Assembly: GCF_036321535.1 (NCBI RefSeq)
Contig: NC_087437.1
Span: 50,284,001 to 50,348,000 of the forward strand
Reading direction: 5' to 3'
Source of the DNA: Camelus dromedarius
Taxonomy: Eukaryota
DNA length: 64,000 nt
The notes under the pieces were generated by a model. The model had not been told where the DNA came from. It ran no database searches and was given only the letters and a program-made list of their open reading frames with translations. The translations under genes were made by a program, and so were the position numbers. Below, piece after piece: positions 24,251-37,448 of the stretch (position 1 is its first letter; the number at the start of each line of letters is the position of its first letter).

Positions 24251-26714
24251 GCGTAAATAAGTTATAGCAATGCTCAGGTTACTAGGCTACTGTTGGAGAA
24301 ATAGTGCTACGATGTTTTAATGATATATAGGTGCATAAATGATCTTAATGATCATAGTCATTAGTGTATGCTATGTATTTTTCTCATCGAAATATGTATC
24401 CAAAAATCATCTCACGGTGCATTAAGTGCTACCAATAAAAAGTCTAAAACTAGGAGGAAAGGAATGTAATGGATGACCAAGCAATAGCAATTATGATTCC
24501 CTCCTACTAGTGGGGTACAGCACCCTTTAGGAGTCAACTTACAAAAATTACATCACAGGTCCCCAAATTGATAGGTTTAGAATTTATATTATTCCTGTCA
24601 TAATTTCTATTTCACATTACATTTCTCTCTTTATTTTAGTAACTCATGGCTCAAAAGCAATCATTTCTCTAACTTTAGAGTCGGGGTTAATGTTTTAAGA
24701 TTTGGAGAGAAAAGACCATAAAAGTGTTGCCAGGTGCTATTCAGATATTGCAACAACCAAGAAAATTACAAAGACTTGAAAACAAGAAGAGAAGCATTGC
24801 ATTAGTAGTAAACACAGTATTATAAAGCAAAAGATAGTGGTGAAATCAGTCTAGGAATGTGGATTTACTGATTTGAAGGTGTATTGGCTTCATTTTTAGT
24901 GCAGTGATACCCTAATGATGAAAAGACCCATCAGGATTCAGCAGTGGTAGATGGTTTGGGTTTTCATGTTTAGCAGAAGTTGAAGGAGAAGGTTTCCTAG
25001 GTTCTGAGGATAAATACAATCTCTACCATGCCTTTTGTCCTGTTTCTGCTCATTATTATGGGGCTGTGGTATTAACTGTAATACTGATTTCTGCTGAAAT
25101 TCAATTTGTTTCTCTGTTGCTTTCTGTACACTAATTTTCTGTGAACTACTTGATTTAGCTGCCCAAGTGACTGTGATATTGACATTCTTTCCAGTAATTT
25201 GATCCTGTATTTTGTGCCAATTTTTAGTGAAATACTTGTTTAGCTACACGTGCTGTGACTCCCTGTATAGAAATTCATTCAAATTTATTTTATGTTGCTG
25301 CTTGCTTTGTGCCCATTTTTTATTGCTATATTAACTCAATTGATATAGACTAATGTATTTTGTATTATAGCTCACTTTTTGGTACGAACGTTTTACAAAA
25401 TACAGTCTCATTATTTGCCTTTACAATACGACATGTAGAGTAGGGAACTTAATTTGCCAGTCAGTTTGTAATGCTTTATTATCTTCTAGTCACCAATATT
25501 CAGTGTCAGTATATATCAATATATTTCTTCAGAATCGTGTATTTTATATATTTCCAATAGTAGAATATTATTATATATTGTATGCTGTATTATATGAACA
25601 AAACCGTATTTTCCCCTTACAAAAGGCACTTTGAAATTACTTTTAATACGAGTTTAGAAATAGGTCTATTATTGTTTCCTGTGTTGCAGGCAATTTTACA
25701 CAGGTTATTTTATTTAATCTGTATGGCAACTCTAAGAGGTAGGTACTACTATCATCCCTATTTTGTAGATGGTGAAACTAAGACTCAGTGAAAGGACATG
25801 ACTGCCCAAGTCACGCAGCCAGTGACTGGGCTTTGGGTAAAGCACCAGGACTCCTCAGCCCTGCGCTTGTCTGTGTGATCCCATCTGCCCTGAGAGAACC
25901 CTCTTGTATTCAGTTGTGTATGTTGGCCAAGGAAAGGAGCAGGTAGAAATCTGAGATTTCCATGCCATGTGATATCAACAGTGAGTAGAGAGAGTCACAA
26001 ACAGGAGTCAGTCCATTCAGGTTCCTCTTTCATCTCCAGTTCCATCATTAGTCACCTAGCGAGCTCAGACAAGTCACCACCTTCCCTGATCTTGAGTTTC
26101 TTTGAAGTACAAAATAAGTAGCTTGACTGAATGGTTATCAGGAGCTCGTCAGCTCCGAATGCTAGAAGTTAACTTGCCTTCTATGTCTGTATGTGGAGGA
26201 GAGAGGTGTTAGAAAGCTAAACTTCTGGTAAGCCTGCTCGACCCCATCTTCATAACATCAGACACCATATTCTTTATCCAGTACTTACTGTACACCAAAC
26301 TTCAGATATTCTCTCATTTAACCCCAAAGAACTTTAAAAGATCAATGGTGTTATTCTCATTTTACAAGAAAGGGGATTGAGTCTCAGAAAAGATAACTAA
26401 CTTGTCTAAAGACACAACCAGTAAGTAGTAGAAATAGGAGATTTATCTCCCTCCAAAGCTCCTGCAATGAACCACCACACTCTCCTCCTCCAGCCATGCT
26501 GGGCATGGGTTCAACAGAGAGATGGGGAAGATGGGACACCTTCTTTCTCTGTCTGTGGCTACAATTTTATGAATAAGAATGTATATATAGTATGACTTGT
26601 AATCTCTCCAAGTGCCCCACTTCCTCCCTCTTCCATCTTCTAGGATGGCTAAGATTAACCGCTTATTAACCATCAAATAGAAAGCAGCATAGAGAACTTA
26701 AAAGAAATGTGTTC

Positions 26715-27464
26715 TCCCTCCTACACTGCTAGTGGGAATGCAGTTTGGTGCAGCCACTGTGGAAAACAGTATGGAGATTCCTTAAAAGACTAGGAATAGA
26801 CTTACCATATGACCCAGGAATCCCGCTCCTGGGCATATATCCAGAAGGAACCCTACTTCAAAAATACACCTGCACCCCAGTGTTCATAGCAGCACTATTT
26901 ACAATAGCCAAGACATGGAAACAGCCTAAATGTCCATCGACAGATGACTGGATAAAGCAGATGTGGTATATTTATACAATGGAATACTATTCAGCCATAA
27001 AAAACAACAACATAATGCCATTTGCAGCAACATGGATGTTCCTGGAGAATGGCATTCTTAGTGAAGTAAGCCAGAAAGAGAAAGAAAAATACCATATGAG
27101 ATGGCTTATATGTGGAATCTAAAAAAAAAGGAACATAAATACAAAACAGAATTAGACTCATAGACATAGAATACAAACTTGTGGTTGCCAAGGGGAAGGG
27201 TGGTGGGAAGGGATAGACTGGGAGTTCAAAATTTGTAGATACCGACAGGCATATGCAGAATAGATAAACAAGATTAGACTGTATAGCACAGGGAAATATA
27301 TACAAGATCTTGTGGTAGCTCACAGTGAAGAAAAAATGTGACTATGAATATATGTATGTTCGTGTATAATTGAAAAGTTGTGCTCTACACTGGAAATTGA
27401 CACAACATTGTAAAATGACTATAAATCAATAAAAAAAAAATGTTAAAAAATAAAAATAAAAAAA
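26715..27464 (+). mobile_element. Young 5'-truncated L1 (ORF2 C-terminus, 3' UTR, A tail)
   Basis: ORF 26745-27122 ([46 protein letters not shown]) is the L1 ORF2 C-terminus; same family as the 14694 and 20235 copies; no clean TSD. Confidence 0.93.
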
Positions 27465-27594
27465 GGCTTGGGTTCTGCCCTGACTCTACCACTTGTGTGA
27501 TTTTGTCAAGTACCAATCGTCTGTAAAATATATCAGTAAAATAAGACTAAGAATACTTTCTCTGCCTGTGTCACATTACTTTTATGATAATCAA

Positions 27595-28270
27595 ATTCAT
27601 TCTTTCACTTACGCATCCATTGAACAAATATTTGGTGTGTACCTATTATGTGAAAAGTATTATTCTGGATGCTGGTAATAAAATAATGAGCAGAATAGGT
27701 AAGACCCTGCCCTCATGGAGCTTATATTCCAATAGAGGAAAATAAAAAATAAAAATGTAAACAAATTAGTAGGATAATTTCACACTGAGATAAGGATTGT
27801 AACTGTGGTAAACAGTGACTAGGAGAAGGGGGACGATTTTAGATAAAGATGGGGATGAGGGTAGGAGTCAGGGAGGACCAAGAAGGGATCTGGAAAAGGT
27901 GATATCACTGCTGCTTCCAAAGCATGAGAAACAGCTAGCCATTTAAAGGGCATTCCAGGAAAAGGACACAAGTGCAGAGTTCCCAGGGTGGGAATGAGCT
28001 GAGCACATTCAAGGAAGAGATGGCCAGTGTGGCTAGAGCACAGTGAGCAAGGGGCAAGAGGTTGAAACAAGAGAGAGGCATGTATGAAGGTGGTTTTCAT
28101 TCTTAGTGCAAAGGAGGGTATTCAAGGGTTTGAAGCTAAGGAGTGACAAGATCTGAATAATGTTTAAAAGAGGTCTTTATGGCTGGTGTGGGGGTGGGGC
28201 AGATTGCGTGTAGAAGGAAGAGGCAGCAGGGATGCAGGAGACTAAGTCGAAGGTCGGAGTCCAGCAGAAA
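27595..28270 (-). mobile_element. L2 fragment
   Basis: CATTGAACAAATATTTG..CCTATTATGTG, CCCTGCCCTCATGGAGCTTATATTC and GGCCAGTGTGGCTAGAGCACAGTGAGCAAGGGG motifs. Confidence 0.72.
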
Positions 28271-28884
28271 GACAGAGAGTCTGGGCGAGGCTGGATCGGG
28301 GCGGAGAGATGGGAGAGACCAGGAAAAGGGAGGAATGACAAGAGACAAAATATGTGCAAAGATTGCTCAACTGTAACACACTGTACCAAGCTAAGGAATT
28401 ATCATTGGATTATGGCTTCCTGGGGGAATGGCCAAGAAGAATTCTGCTGGGAAACAGACAGAAGTACCAAAAGGTCAAGGAACTGTAAAAAACACATAAC
28501 ATTAAATTTACTGTCTTATCCATTTTTTAGTGTACAGTTCAGTAGTGTTAAGTATATTCACATTGTGCCAACAGAGCTCTAGAAGTTTTTCATCTTGCAA
28601 AAGTGACACCCTATACTTATTAAGCACTAATTCCCCACCTCCCTTTCCCATTTATACTGTATTTTGAACATAGATCTAAACAACTGTATTCATTCTCCAT
28701 AAACTTAGGCTCCATCCCTTGGTACTTGTCCTTCATATTTGAAAATAGCATTGAAATTAATCAATGTCTAAAACATCCAACTGAATTGGATTTTGTTCTC
28801 AAAGAATTTGATTCATTCGCTCAAAAGCTACGAAGTCTACTGGCAGGAGGGAGCATTCTCTGATACCTATGACTTAGTATTTTT

Positions 28885-29070
28885 CATTAGGGTGATATTA
28901 GCTTGTTTGGGGGACCTTTCTTCCCTGTGCTGCACTCTCCATGCAGGAGGACCTCAAGCATCCCTGTGCCCCACCCTCATTAAACACCAGTCACATCCCA
29001 ATCATTGTGACACCCCAAAACACCCCCCTTACATTTCCAGACACCCCTTGGGGAGCATTGCCCCCTCCCA
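28885..29070. mobile_element. MER20-like DNA transposon relic
   Basis: AGCATCCCTGTGCCCC..CCCAATCATTGTGACACCCCAAAA..ATTTCCAGACACCCCTTGGGG motif. Confidence 0.55.
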
Positions 29071-31419
29071 GCAGGGACGCACAAGTTGTACATTTACTTG
29101 GACCCCTTGACTCTGGGGACTTGTCTGTCATAGCCATATTACCTAACTCAGTTATGTCATCACAAGTTCTAGTTACTTATTTTGCATGAAATAATTACAT
29201 TTTCCCACACTCCTTTCCCCTAGAAGCATCTGCATGAACTTTTTGGCCAATTCCCTCAGGCTCACACTTCTTTGAAGTGACTATCATTAAGTAAGAAGGT
29301 TTTAATAAGAGAGCCCTGCCCTGCTTCCCTCACTGCCCGCCCAGTCCTGCCACCACTTGTGCTTTTTATTTCTTTATCTAGACCCAAGGAGGGGTGTGCC
29401 CAGGAGCATAGAGGGTGCCAGGAAGGGGCTGGGTTAGAAGGGGCTTGCATGCCAAATGACTGGTTCAAAAAGGGAAGACCTGGGTGAGGGCCATCATCAC
29501 CACCACACTATTGGCACCAGCTACCTTTTCAGAGCAAAAGCTATTTTCCTGAAGAACAGCCCAGTTTTGTCAGAGAGAAAGAATACAGCAACCTTTATCA
29601 GACAAGGCGCAATGACTCACTCCTTCCCTGCAGGTTTCTCCAGTTCTTCTGGTGTTGGGTGGTTTGATCTGGTAGTAAGAACCAAAGGTAGACTACCTCC
29701 CACTTCCGGGCTCCGCCTCTGATTCATAGCAGGTTTTTCTTCTTCCTGTGGCGAATTTATTACTCACCAAAGTAAGCTACAGCCACCAAACTTGATAATT
29801 GTCTTCTCTGGGATCCTCCCAGAGAAAGAAGTATATATTCCACAGCACACAGTTATGAAATTTGTGTCACCTCCAATTACATCTGTACTTTTACCTCATA
29901 TAAGTGATGACAAGTTGTCTGTATCATGTCATGCTGAGGTTGCATTATCTACTTCTTGTCATGACAAGACAGACAATTACCCTATTTTCACTGGAAGCTA
30001 CAAAGCTAAGGGGTGCAGCAGACTGTGTATCCTTTTATTTATTTATATTTCCCTAGCTCAAACATCAGTTTACAGTAACATAATCTCCTGTGAAGTCTGC
30101 TGGGGAGAAAAGCAGTTTGGACGTCCCCACTGTAACTTGCTTCACAGACTATTGAGTGCAGCAGACACCTCATGTTACTGTCTTAGCGATCCCGGAAACA
30201 CATGATAGATGCCTCATCTTCTCTCCATTCTGCCTCCAGGCATGTCTCTTAACACCTTTTCTTTCGTCCTCTCCACCAGTCTCAGCTGTGGGACATACTG
30301 CTTGCTCTCCCATCTGGTCCCTCCATCACTGTCTGTCTTCCTTCCCTCCTTATTCGGTGGAATCCTCTCTCTCTAGCTTCTTCACTCCCTTCTAGTTCAC
30401 TGGCCCTTTCTTCTGTCTACCATCTGGAACAAACCTCTTCTGTCCTAGATATAAAACCAAGCAAACAAAAAACCTTGGCTAAGCCATGAGGAAACCACCC
30501 TGCTCCCCTCCTTCCTTTCTCCGCCAAACTCGTCTCCACCCACCGCCTCCACTTTTGTACCATCCACTCACTTTAATCTAGTTCCACCTCCAGAGTCCAG
30601 CGAGTCTACAGTCTCCTGTGCTGTCCCCTTGTCTCTCTGCTGATCTCTGCAGCTGACACTCCACTTTTTGAGAGACTTGCTTTCTTTGAATTCCAAGAGT
30701 TTTCTACTCAATCCTCCCTCTTTCTGTTTCTTTTGCTCCTCATCACTTTCTTCTCACAACCACTCCCCCAGAAATCTCACCCACCCTCGCTCAATTCTGG
30801 CCTTGCCAGGCACTTTTAAGCAGCTGTGCCTACCCAAGCGGCATGTCCTCGTTTCACAGAGTTGGCTCCCTGAATTGCAGCAGGTGGAGGCTAGATGTCT
30901 GGCAGGGGAAAAGGGCCTGATTCATTCCTAGCCCTGTGCCTTTTGACATTCCTTCCTGTCCATCAGCCCACTCTGCTGTTACAGACTTACCTCTCCCCTC
31001 AGACCATCACACTGTACCACCTTGCCAGCACAGATTCTCATTATATCTTGGATCCTGATTTTTCTCCTGAGGTTTCATTCTACCTATTAACTAATCACTA
31101 AATATTTCTATTTGATTTTCCTGTCATCATCTCAAACTGAAAGCCTAAGAATAAATGTACTTACTCCTGAGGGAGTTGGGGGAACATGGTATTCTTTTTG
31201 ATTCACAGATTTCTGTCAGTGGTACCATCATTCACTTAGTCTCTGAAATCTAGTCATTGTTGCTGCCTCTTCCCGTTCTAGTCACAAAGCCCTCTTAATT
31301 CTTCCTCTGTACTTCTCTTTTTTTTCCTTCCTATTTCCACTACTGGCATTGATTTCTGTACCCTATCTGCTACTAGTTAATCTTCATAAAACCCTGCCCA
31401 CAAATGTTTATTGCCTATA

Positions 31420-31894
31420 CTAATCAGAAGTTTTTCAACTGCAAATTAAAAAGCCAGTTCAGACTGACAAATTAAAAAAAGAAATGTATTGGCCCACACC
31501 TAACTGAAAAGGCCCAGGGTATCTGCTTGCAAGCGTGGTTGGATCCAGATACTCAAGTGACATCACTGGGAATCTCTCTCCCTCCACCTCTTGGCTAAGG
31601 GTTGGCTTTACTCTCAGGCACACTCTTCCTAAGTGTGACAAAACAGCCACCTCTACCTGCAGACTTGTACTGAAGAAATGTAGCATCACTAGCAGGAAGA
31701 GAGGACCCTTTCTCAGTTGTCCAGCAGAAGTTCTAACGCTGACTCCGATTTCCACAATCTGGGTAACGGACCCAGCCCTTCACCCAGCTACATAGAATAA
31801 GAGTGGGAAAGCCGGTTCCTGTAGAAATTAAGGTGCTATTACAAGATGAGGGGATGGGTTCATCTGTAGGCAAAGGCAACAGATGTCCAGTACA
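31420..31894 (-). mobile_element. Old MaLR LTR (MLT1J/K-like)
   Basis: AAATGTATTGGCCCAC..TAACTGAAAAG, TGGATCCAGATACTCAAGTGACATC and GGCAACAGATGTCCAGTACA terminus. Confidence 0.62.
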
Positions 31895-32429
31895 CTCTCC
31901 CTTGACTGTACAATACAGTTAAATTGCCTTAATCTCTCATTCTAGATCCTTGTACCTTAACTTGGCCTAAAACTTCCTTTCCTATTTTCTCACCCCTTAT
32001 TCAACATAAGCCTTTCACCTGAGCCAATCTCTTTTTTCTTCCGCTTTATTGAGATATGATTGACATATAACATTGTGTAAGTTTAAAGTACATAACGTAA
32101 TGATTTTATATGTGTACATACTGCAAAATGATTACCACAATAAGATTAGAACATTTCCGTCACATCACAGAGTTACAATTTTTTTTGAGCTAAATCTTAA
32201 CTATTTGTTATCCTCTGATCTCTCCATGATCTTCCTATCTCTACATCTTTGCTAATGCCACTACCCCATTACCTCTTTAAATTCTGCCCATCCTCCAAAT
32301 CCAACAGTAGTCCACTCTCTTTTAGGTCCACCTAACCCTCCAGATTGCAATGATTTTATGCTTTTATTCACTAGATTAACATTTATTGACTATGAGTTAG
32401 GCCAAACAGAATATCACTCAAAAACCCGA

Positions 32430-33470
32430 AGCAGGAGTCAGTGTCTGCTGTTAGACTGTGAACACGTAACCAAAAGAATAGTAAACACAGAAAAAGCTGG
32501 TTTGGAAATAATATTTATTTAGAATGAAAAAATAAATTGCTTTTTCTCTTTTTAGTGTACTTTATTCACCTAATCGTCATTTATTTTTTAAAGATTTTTG
32601 GATTTTTTTTTTAGGGGGTTTGATTTTTGGGTTTTTTTGCTTTTTTTCAGGTGGTTAATTAGGTTTATATATTTATTTTTAATGGAGGTACTGGGGATTG
32701 AACCCAGGACCTCATGCATGCTAGGCAGGCACTCTACCACTGAGCTATACCCTCCTCCTAATTATGAATTTAGAAAAGTTGACACATCACAAAATCACAG
32801 GATCCAAAAAGAAACAATATTTTTTTATTAATTGCCTGGCACCCCTCTATATTTGTTTGGTATATTGTAAGCTGTATATTCTTTAATCAGATCTTCATTT
32901 GACAATTATTTTGTCATATTTGCTCTAAAGAAAATAGAAAGATAATTCAGTGTATTCTCTAGCCTCAGTGACGCTTTTTACTCTTTATTATTGATATATT
33001 GCATAACTTATTTCAGTTTCACAGCTTATATTGGTAATATCATGTAAACATTTAGGACACTGTCGCATTTGGGGAAAGCTCTGTCATCAGGTTTTTTTCT
33101 ATTTATGATCTATAACGTTTGGAAAATTTCTTCACAGACTAGCTTCTGGCTCCTAGTATTCCAAACGTTGCTGTTTGTTTCTCCACAACACACTGCCACT
33201 GGTACTGGTCTGTGTGGAACATAGACATTTCATGGTAAGAATCTGGCCCTGCATTTTTGGGTGGCATGTGACATGTGAGTCTGCACAGAGTTTGGTAGGA
33301 ATGTTCTTAGGAGCCGTTTCATGTCCTCCAATAGAATGGCTAGCAATAACTTTACCCATGTACGTGACAGTGAACTATGTAAATATATCTTTTTAAAAAT
33401 CTCCACTAAATGTATTTCTAGCTCTGCTTCTGGCCTTAACATTTTATGAATAGGGGTGAAGTGTGCTTTG
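32430..33470 (-). mobile_element. Zaphod-like hAT-Tip100 DNA transposon relic with decayed transposase dimerisation-domain sequence
   Basis: GAAAATAGAAAGATAATTCAG..CTCTAGC reads on the minus strand as a ..LNYLSIF.. type hATC segment; TTGGTAATATCATGTAAA nearby; frames broken; a SINE is inserted in it. Confidence 0.65.
32584..32758 (-). mobile_element. vic-1-like SINE nested in the hAT relic
   Basis: TGGAGGTACTGGGGATTGAACCCAGGACCTC..CTCTACCACTGAGCTATACCC with T-rich tail; TSD degenerate. Confidence 0.9.
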
Positions 33471-35637
33471 AAGGGCAGCTTAACCCTCTCTATGCCAGGC
33501 TGGTTGTAAGGTAGAAAAACAGAAAAGAAGGCACTGGGGAGCTGATACAGTCATATGCAGGGCAAAAATTGCTCCCAGTGCCACTTGAGACTGCGTATAG
33601 CGCCCAAGTCTCAAATCCCAGGTCTCCCTCGTCTGGCCAAGCCCTCTGTGTTCTAGAGCACTTCCTTTCCCAAAGGGGAGCATTCCAGATCAGCAGCCAC
33701 AGGTGTCCTACTGCCAAGGGTCCTCTAACCACCTAGACTAGTTCCACGAGTCCTTCTCCATTCAAAGAAGTGTGAGCCCAAGGGAACTGGCCAAAAAATC
33801 CAAGCAGACATATGGGCAAAAGAGCAATGCTGAATTAAAATTACAATATCCTAAATGGCCAGTTGTAAAATTCTAGTTCCTGTTTACTAAATGATGTTCC
33901 CTTCTCCCAAGCAATAATGCCTACATATTCCAGTTCTCAGGCTGGAGTGGCAGCTGAACCAGCCACCCCAACTGATCACCAAGGTTCAGCTACTCTTTCT
34001 CCTTCCCCTTAACTGAGCAGTGAAAAACTGCAATTTTTTCCAAAATGAATTTTAGTACGTGGAAAGCAAACTAGAGCTGTGTTTTCCATGTTCTCCTGTT
34101 AGAGCTGAAATTCTACTTTGAGGTGCCATTCCCCTTGTGCAAGATAGTGCTTCTTCCAAGCAAAGAACTGTGCGAGGGGCCTAGCCCAGATAAATCTGAA
34201 GTTTTTGAAAACTGCAGGCCTCCATCTTTTTATCATTCTTCTGAACGGCTTCAAGGACCAAAATAGGTGGTTAGGAGAAAGCTAGGAGAAATAGGGAACT
34301 AATAAAAGGAGCCAAAAGTTTTCCTCAGGTTAATTCTATTGCATTGAAATGGGAAAAAAAACAAAAACAAAAACAGGATAAATGTACAATACTGCAGTTG
34401 AGTCAGAAATTCTCCAGATGCTTGCAGAAGTCCAAGAAGATGAAAGCAGTTAACATTTGTTGAATGTTGCTGTGTCAACCACGATTATAAGGGCTTTGCT
34501 TGTGTTTGCCATATCGTGGATGCATTGATGGTAAAGGCTGTGTGAGTGTTAGCTGCCATTAACTCATCTAGCAAGGTTGTAAGGGTTAGAAATGGTGTAG
34601 GCACACTGCCAGGCACATAGTAGGTGCGCAGTGAACACTGGCTAATACTCGTTTCTAAAGAATGCTTGAGGGAACCTCTACCTTTTAATATAGAGTGATT
34701 CTTTAATCTTAGATGGAGAGATGTAACTAAAGATAATAGTTGCCCCCAGTTAGTTGTAGGACTGTCAGTCTGAGGAGGGAATGGATTTGTTTTGTGTGGC
34801 CCTATAGGAAGGATAAAAACAGTAAGTGGAAGGCACTGGTGAAAAAAAGAAAGAAAGAAAGAAAAGGAGGGTGAGAAGGGGAAAGGGAGAAAGAGAAGCA
34901 CAGAGGAAGGATTTAGTGGCTGTCCTGAGAAGCAGTGAGTCCCCACATGTCTGTGGGGCTGTTCTAGGAAGGGCAGGAACAGACCTCTGACAAGGGCGAT
35001 TATAAGGGGAGTGCAAATATCAAATAAGTTACAGATAAGGGATGTTTTTACCATTAATCTAACACCAACTCCTACTTCAAGTTTGCCCAGATGGCTTGAG
35101 ATATGAAAGTGAATGCCATGGAGACTTTTCATCAGAACTCAAGCTTCACTGGACAAAATTTCCCACCAAGTGGAGTTCTGATGAATTGAAGCAAAGAATA
35201 AAGTGGATTCCTGTATAAACCAAAAAGTAACTTCCACATCACTCATTTTTAGGAGCCCCTTGAAATTAATAAGAGAATAAACTTTCCCCTATCAGCCCAA
35301 CATTCCTGAAGCCAGTAACTCAGTGACCTTTTTTTTTTTTTCCTGCTGCCAGAGGACAGTGGATATTTATAAAGCTGTAGGGAGTTCGTTAGTCAAGCGA
35401 ATGTGATAATGTAATTCTTAGAAAATGCTGGATCTTTTCTGCAAAGTAAAGAATTGCTCCTCCCATAATAGCAAACTCAACACCCATAAACATTTAAAAA
35501 ATAAAACAGTAGACAAATACAAGGTGCCATTTTTATTATTTTCACAGTCTCATTCAACACATTTCTTGATAAAATGTGCTTCATTATAGAACCTCTTTTT
35601 TTCTCTTTAAAAAAGGGTACTTTTCCCCATTCATTTT

Positions 35638-35799
35638 CTTTTTTACTTTTTTTTCTTTTTTTTAATTGAAGTATAGTCAGTTTAAATGTGTCAATTTCTG
35701 GTGTACAGCATAATGTTTTAGTCATACATATACATATGTATATTTCTTTTCATATTCTTTTTTATTATAGGTTACTACAAGATATTGAATATACTTCCT
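35638..35799 (-). mobile_element. Short L1 3'-UTR insertion
   Basis: Poly-T, TTGAAGTATAGTCAGTT 3' end, 12-bp TSD CCCAT(T/C)CATTTT at 35626-35637 and 35800-35811, canonical TTTT/AA site. Confidence 0.85.
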
Positions 35800-36829
35800 C
35801 CCATCCATTTTAAAGAATCAACTTAGAGCTTAAAAAAACAATATTTATGTTAACTGGATAAGGTATATTTCTTTATAAAATATTTTACAAAAATGTTACA
35901 AAAGTTCACTGTAGCATAGTCTCAGAGTCACACTTCTGATTTTCACTTGATTTAAAATCAACCACATGGCAAATGCAAACCCTAGTCAGGCATTTTGTAG
36001 AATACGATACATTTAACACACTTACATCTATCTTAGTGTACAGTATGGTATAATAGTTAAAGTGAATTAGTGTTAGAGATGACTGGTTCAAATCCTGGCT
36101 CCACCACTCACTAGCCATTAACTTAGTCAAGATACTCAAACTTTTGTGCCTCACCTCTAAAATGGAATTAATGACTGTCCAACTTATCAGCCTTTTGCAA
36201 GTTAATACAAAGAAAGCACAGGCATGCAGTAATTGGTCAGTGACTGTTGGGTACCACTGTTATTAGTACAAATATTAAAGGAAGAAGAAAATATGTCACA
36301 TCTCAGAAAAACTGACTAATGCTGAGTTAAAATATCATACTCTAAGTAACCAATTGTAAAAAGGTTAATACCTATCCATTAAATGATGTTCCCACACACA
36401 GTAAATACCTACATTGGCATGAAAAGTTAACATTGTATTTCAAAGACATACATTTCTTGTTTGTTCTTGCATGCAAACACTGAGGTAAGCAATACCTTCT
36501 GCTATGGATGTGTGAGTGTGTATGTGAGTGTGTAGGTGTTGTTTAGGGGACAGATGTGTACCAGGGAGTATCATGGCAGAGTCCCATGTGATTCCACAGT
36601 AAGGTTTTTCCACTCTGATGTTTGAGATCACACACAATAACTCTTCAAGGCAATCTCATTTGATAACACACAGTGAATTTTCTGAAGCTTCATTATTATA
36701 AGAAGCAAGTATGTCAAATATATATAATACTTTTAAACAAAAGAATAAGTAACAATATCCATAACTAATTGGTAGGATGGATTACATACCATCATTTGCA
36801 GTGGTTCCTCATTCTATTTTAAAAATATT

Positions 36830-37065
36830 AATAATAGCTAACATTTCTTATGTACTAAATATGTGTCAGGCAGAGTTGTAAGTGCTTTACATGTATTTTT
36901 TCATTCTATCCCCGCAACAACCCTGTGAAGTAGGTATTATTATTATTACCCTCATTTTAGCAAGATTCTGAGAGGTTAAGTAATTTGTTCGGCATCACAC
37001 AGAAGATGTGAAGGCAGGATTCAAAACCATGGAGTCTGATTTCTGAGCCCCTGCTGTTAACCAAC
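36830..37065 (-). mobile_element. MIR SINE
   Basis: CAACAACCCTGTGAAGTAGGTATTATT..CTGAGAGGTTAAGTAATTTG core. Confidence 0.8.
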
Positions 37066-37392
37066 TCATCATGCTGAAAAGAGTTAAATCATTCATCAAC
37101 TTCTCACTTTCAAAAAGGGTTTCCTAAAAGAGTTTTATCAGCATATCTTAATACATTAAAATATGATATAATTTATAAAATCTTGCATCACGCATCTCAA
37201 GAGCATATAATTTGCATAAAGTGGTTTTTATTAGTTCACTCTGGGAAAATGGCATATTCTCCTTTTACGATTTCACCTTCAAGTTATCTAGTTAAATGCC
37301 TTAAAATTAACCTATGCATGGATCTTTATTAATATACCTGAAACACAAACAATACACAAATCTAAAAATATGATTATTTATTTGAAAATGCA

Positions 37393-37444
<52 letters not shown>
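37393..37444. repeat. (TG)4(TA)22 microsatellite
   Basis: Counted directly: TG at 37393-37400, TA at 37401-37444. Confidence 0.95.

Positions 37445-37448
<4 letters not shown>

Noticed and set aside
24700..24830. Faint Cys-containing, transposase-like reading across two frames
   Set aside because: Needs a frameshift and covers too few residues to support any family assignment without a search.
34485..35132. Longest ORF in the track (215 aa, minus strand)
   Set aside because: Runs through a purine-rich low-complexity tract and MIR/L2-like sequence; no recognisable domain or convincing splice context.
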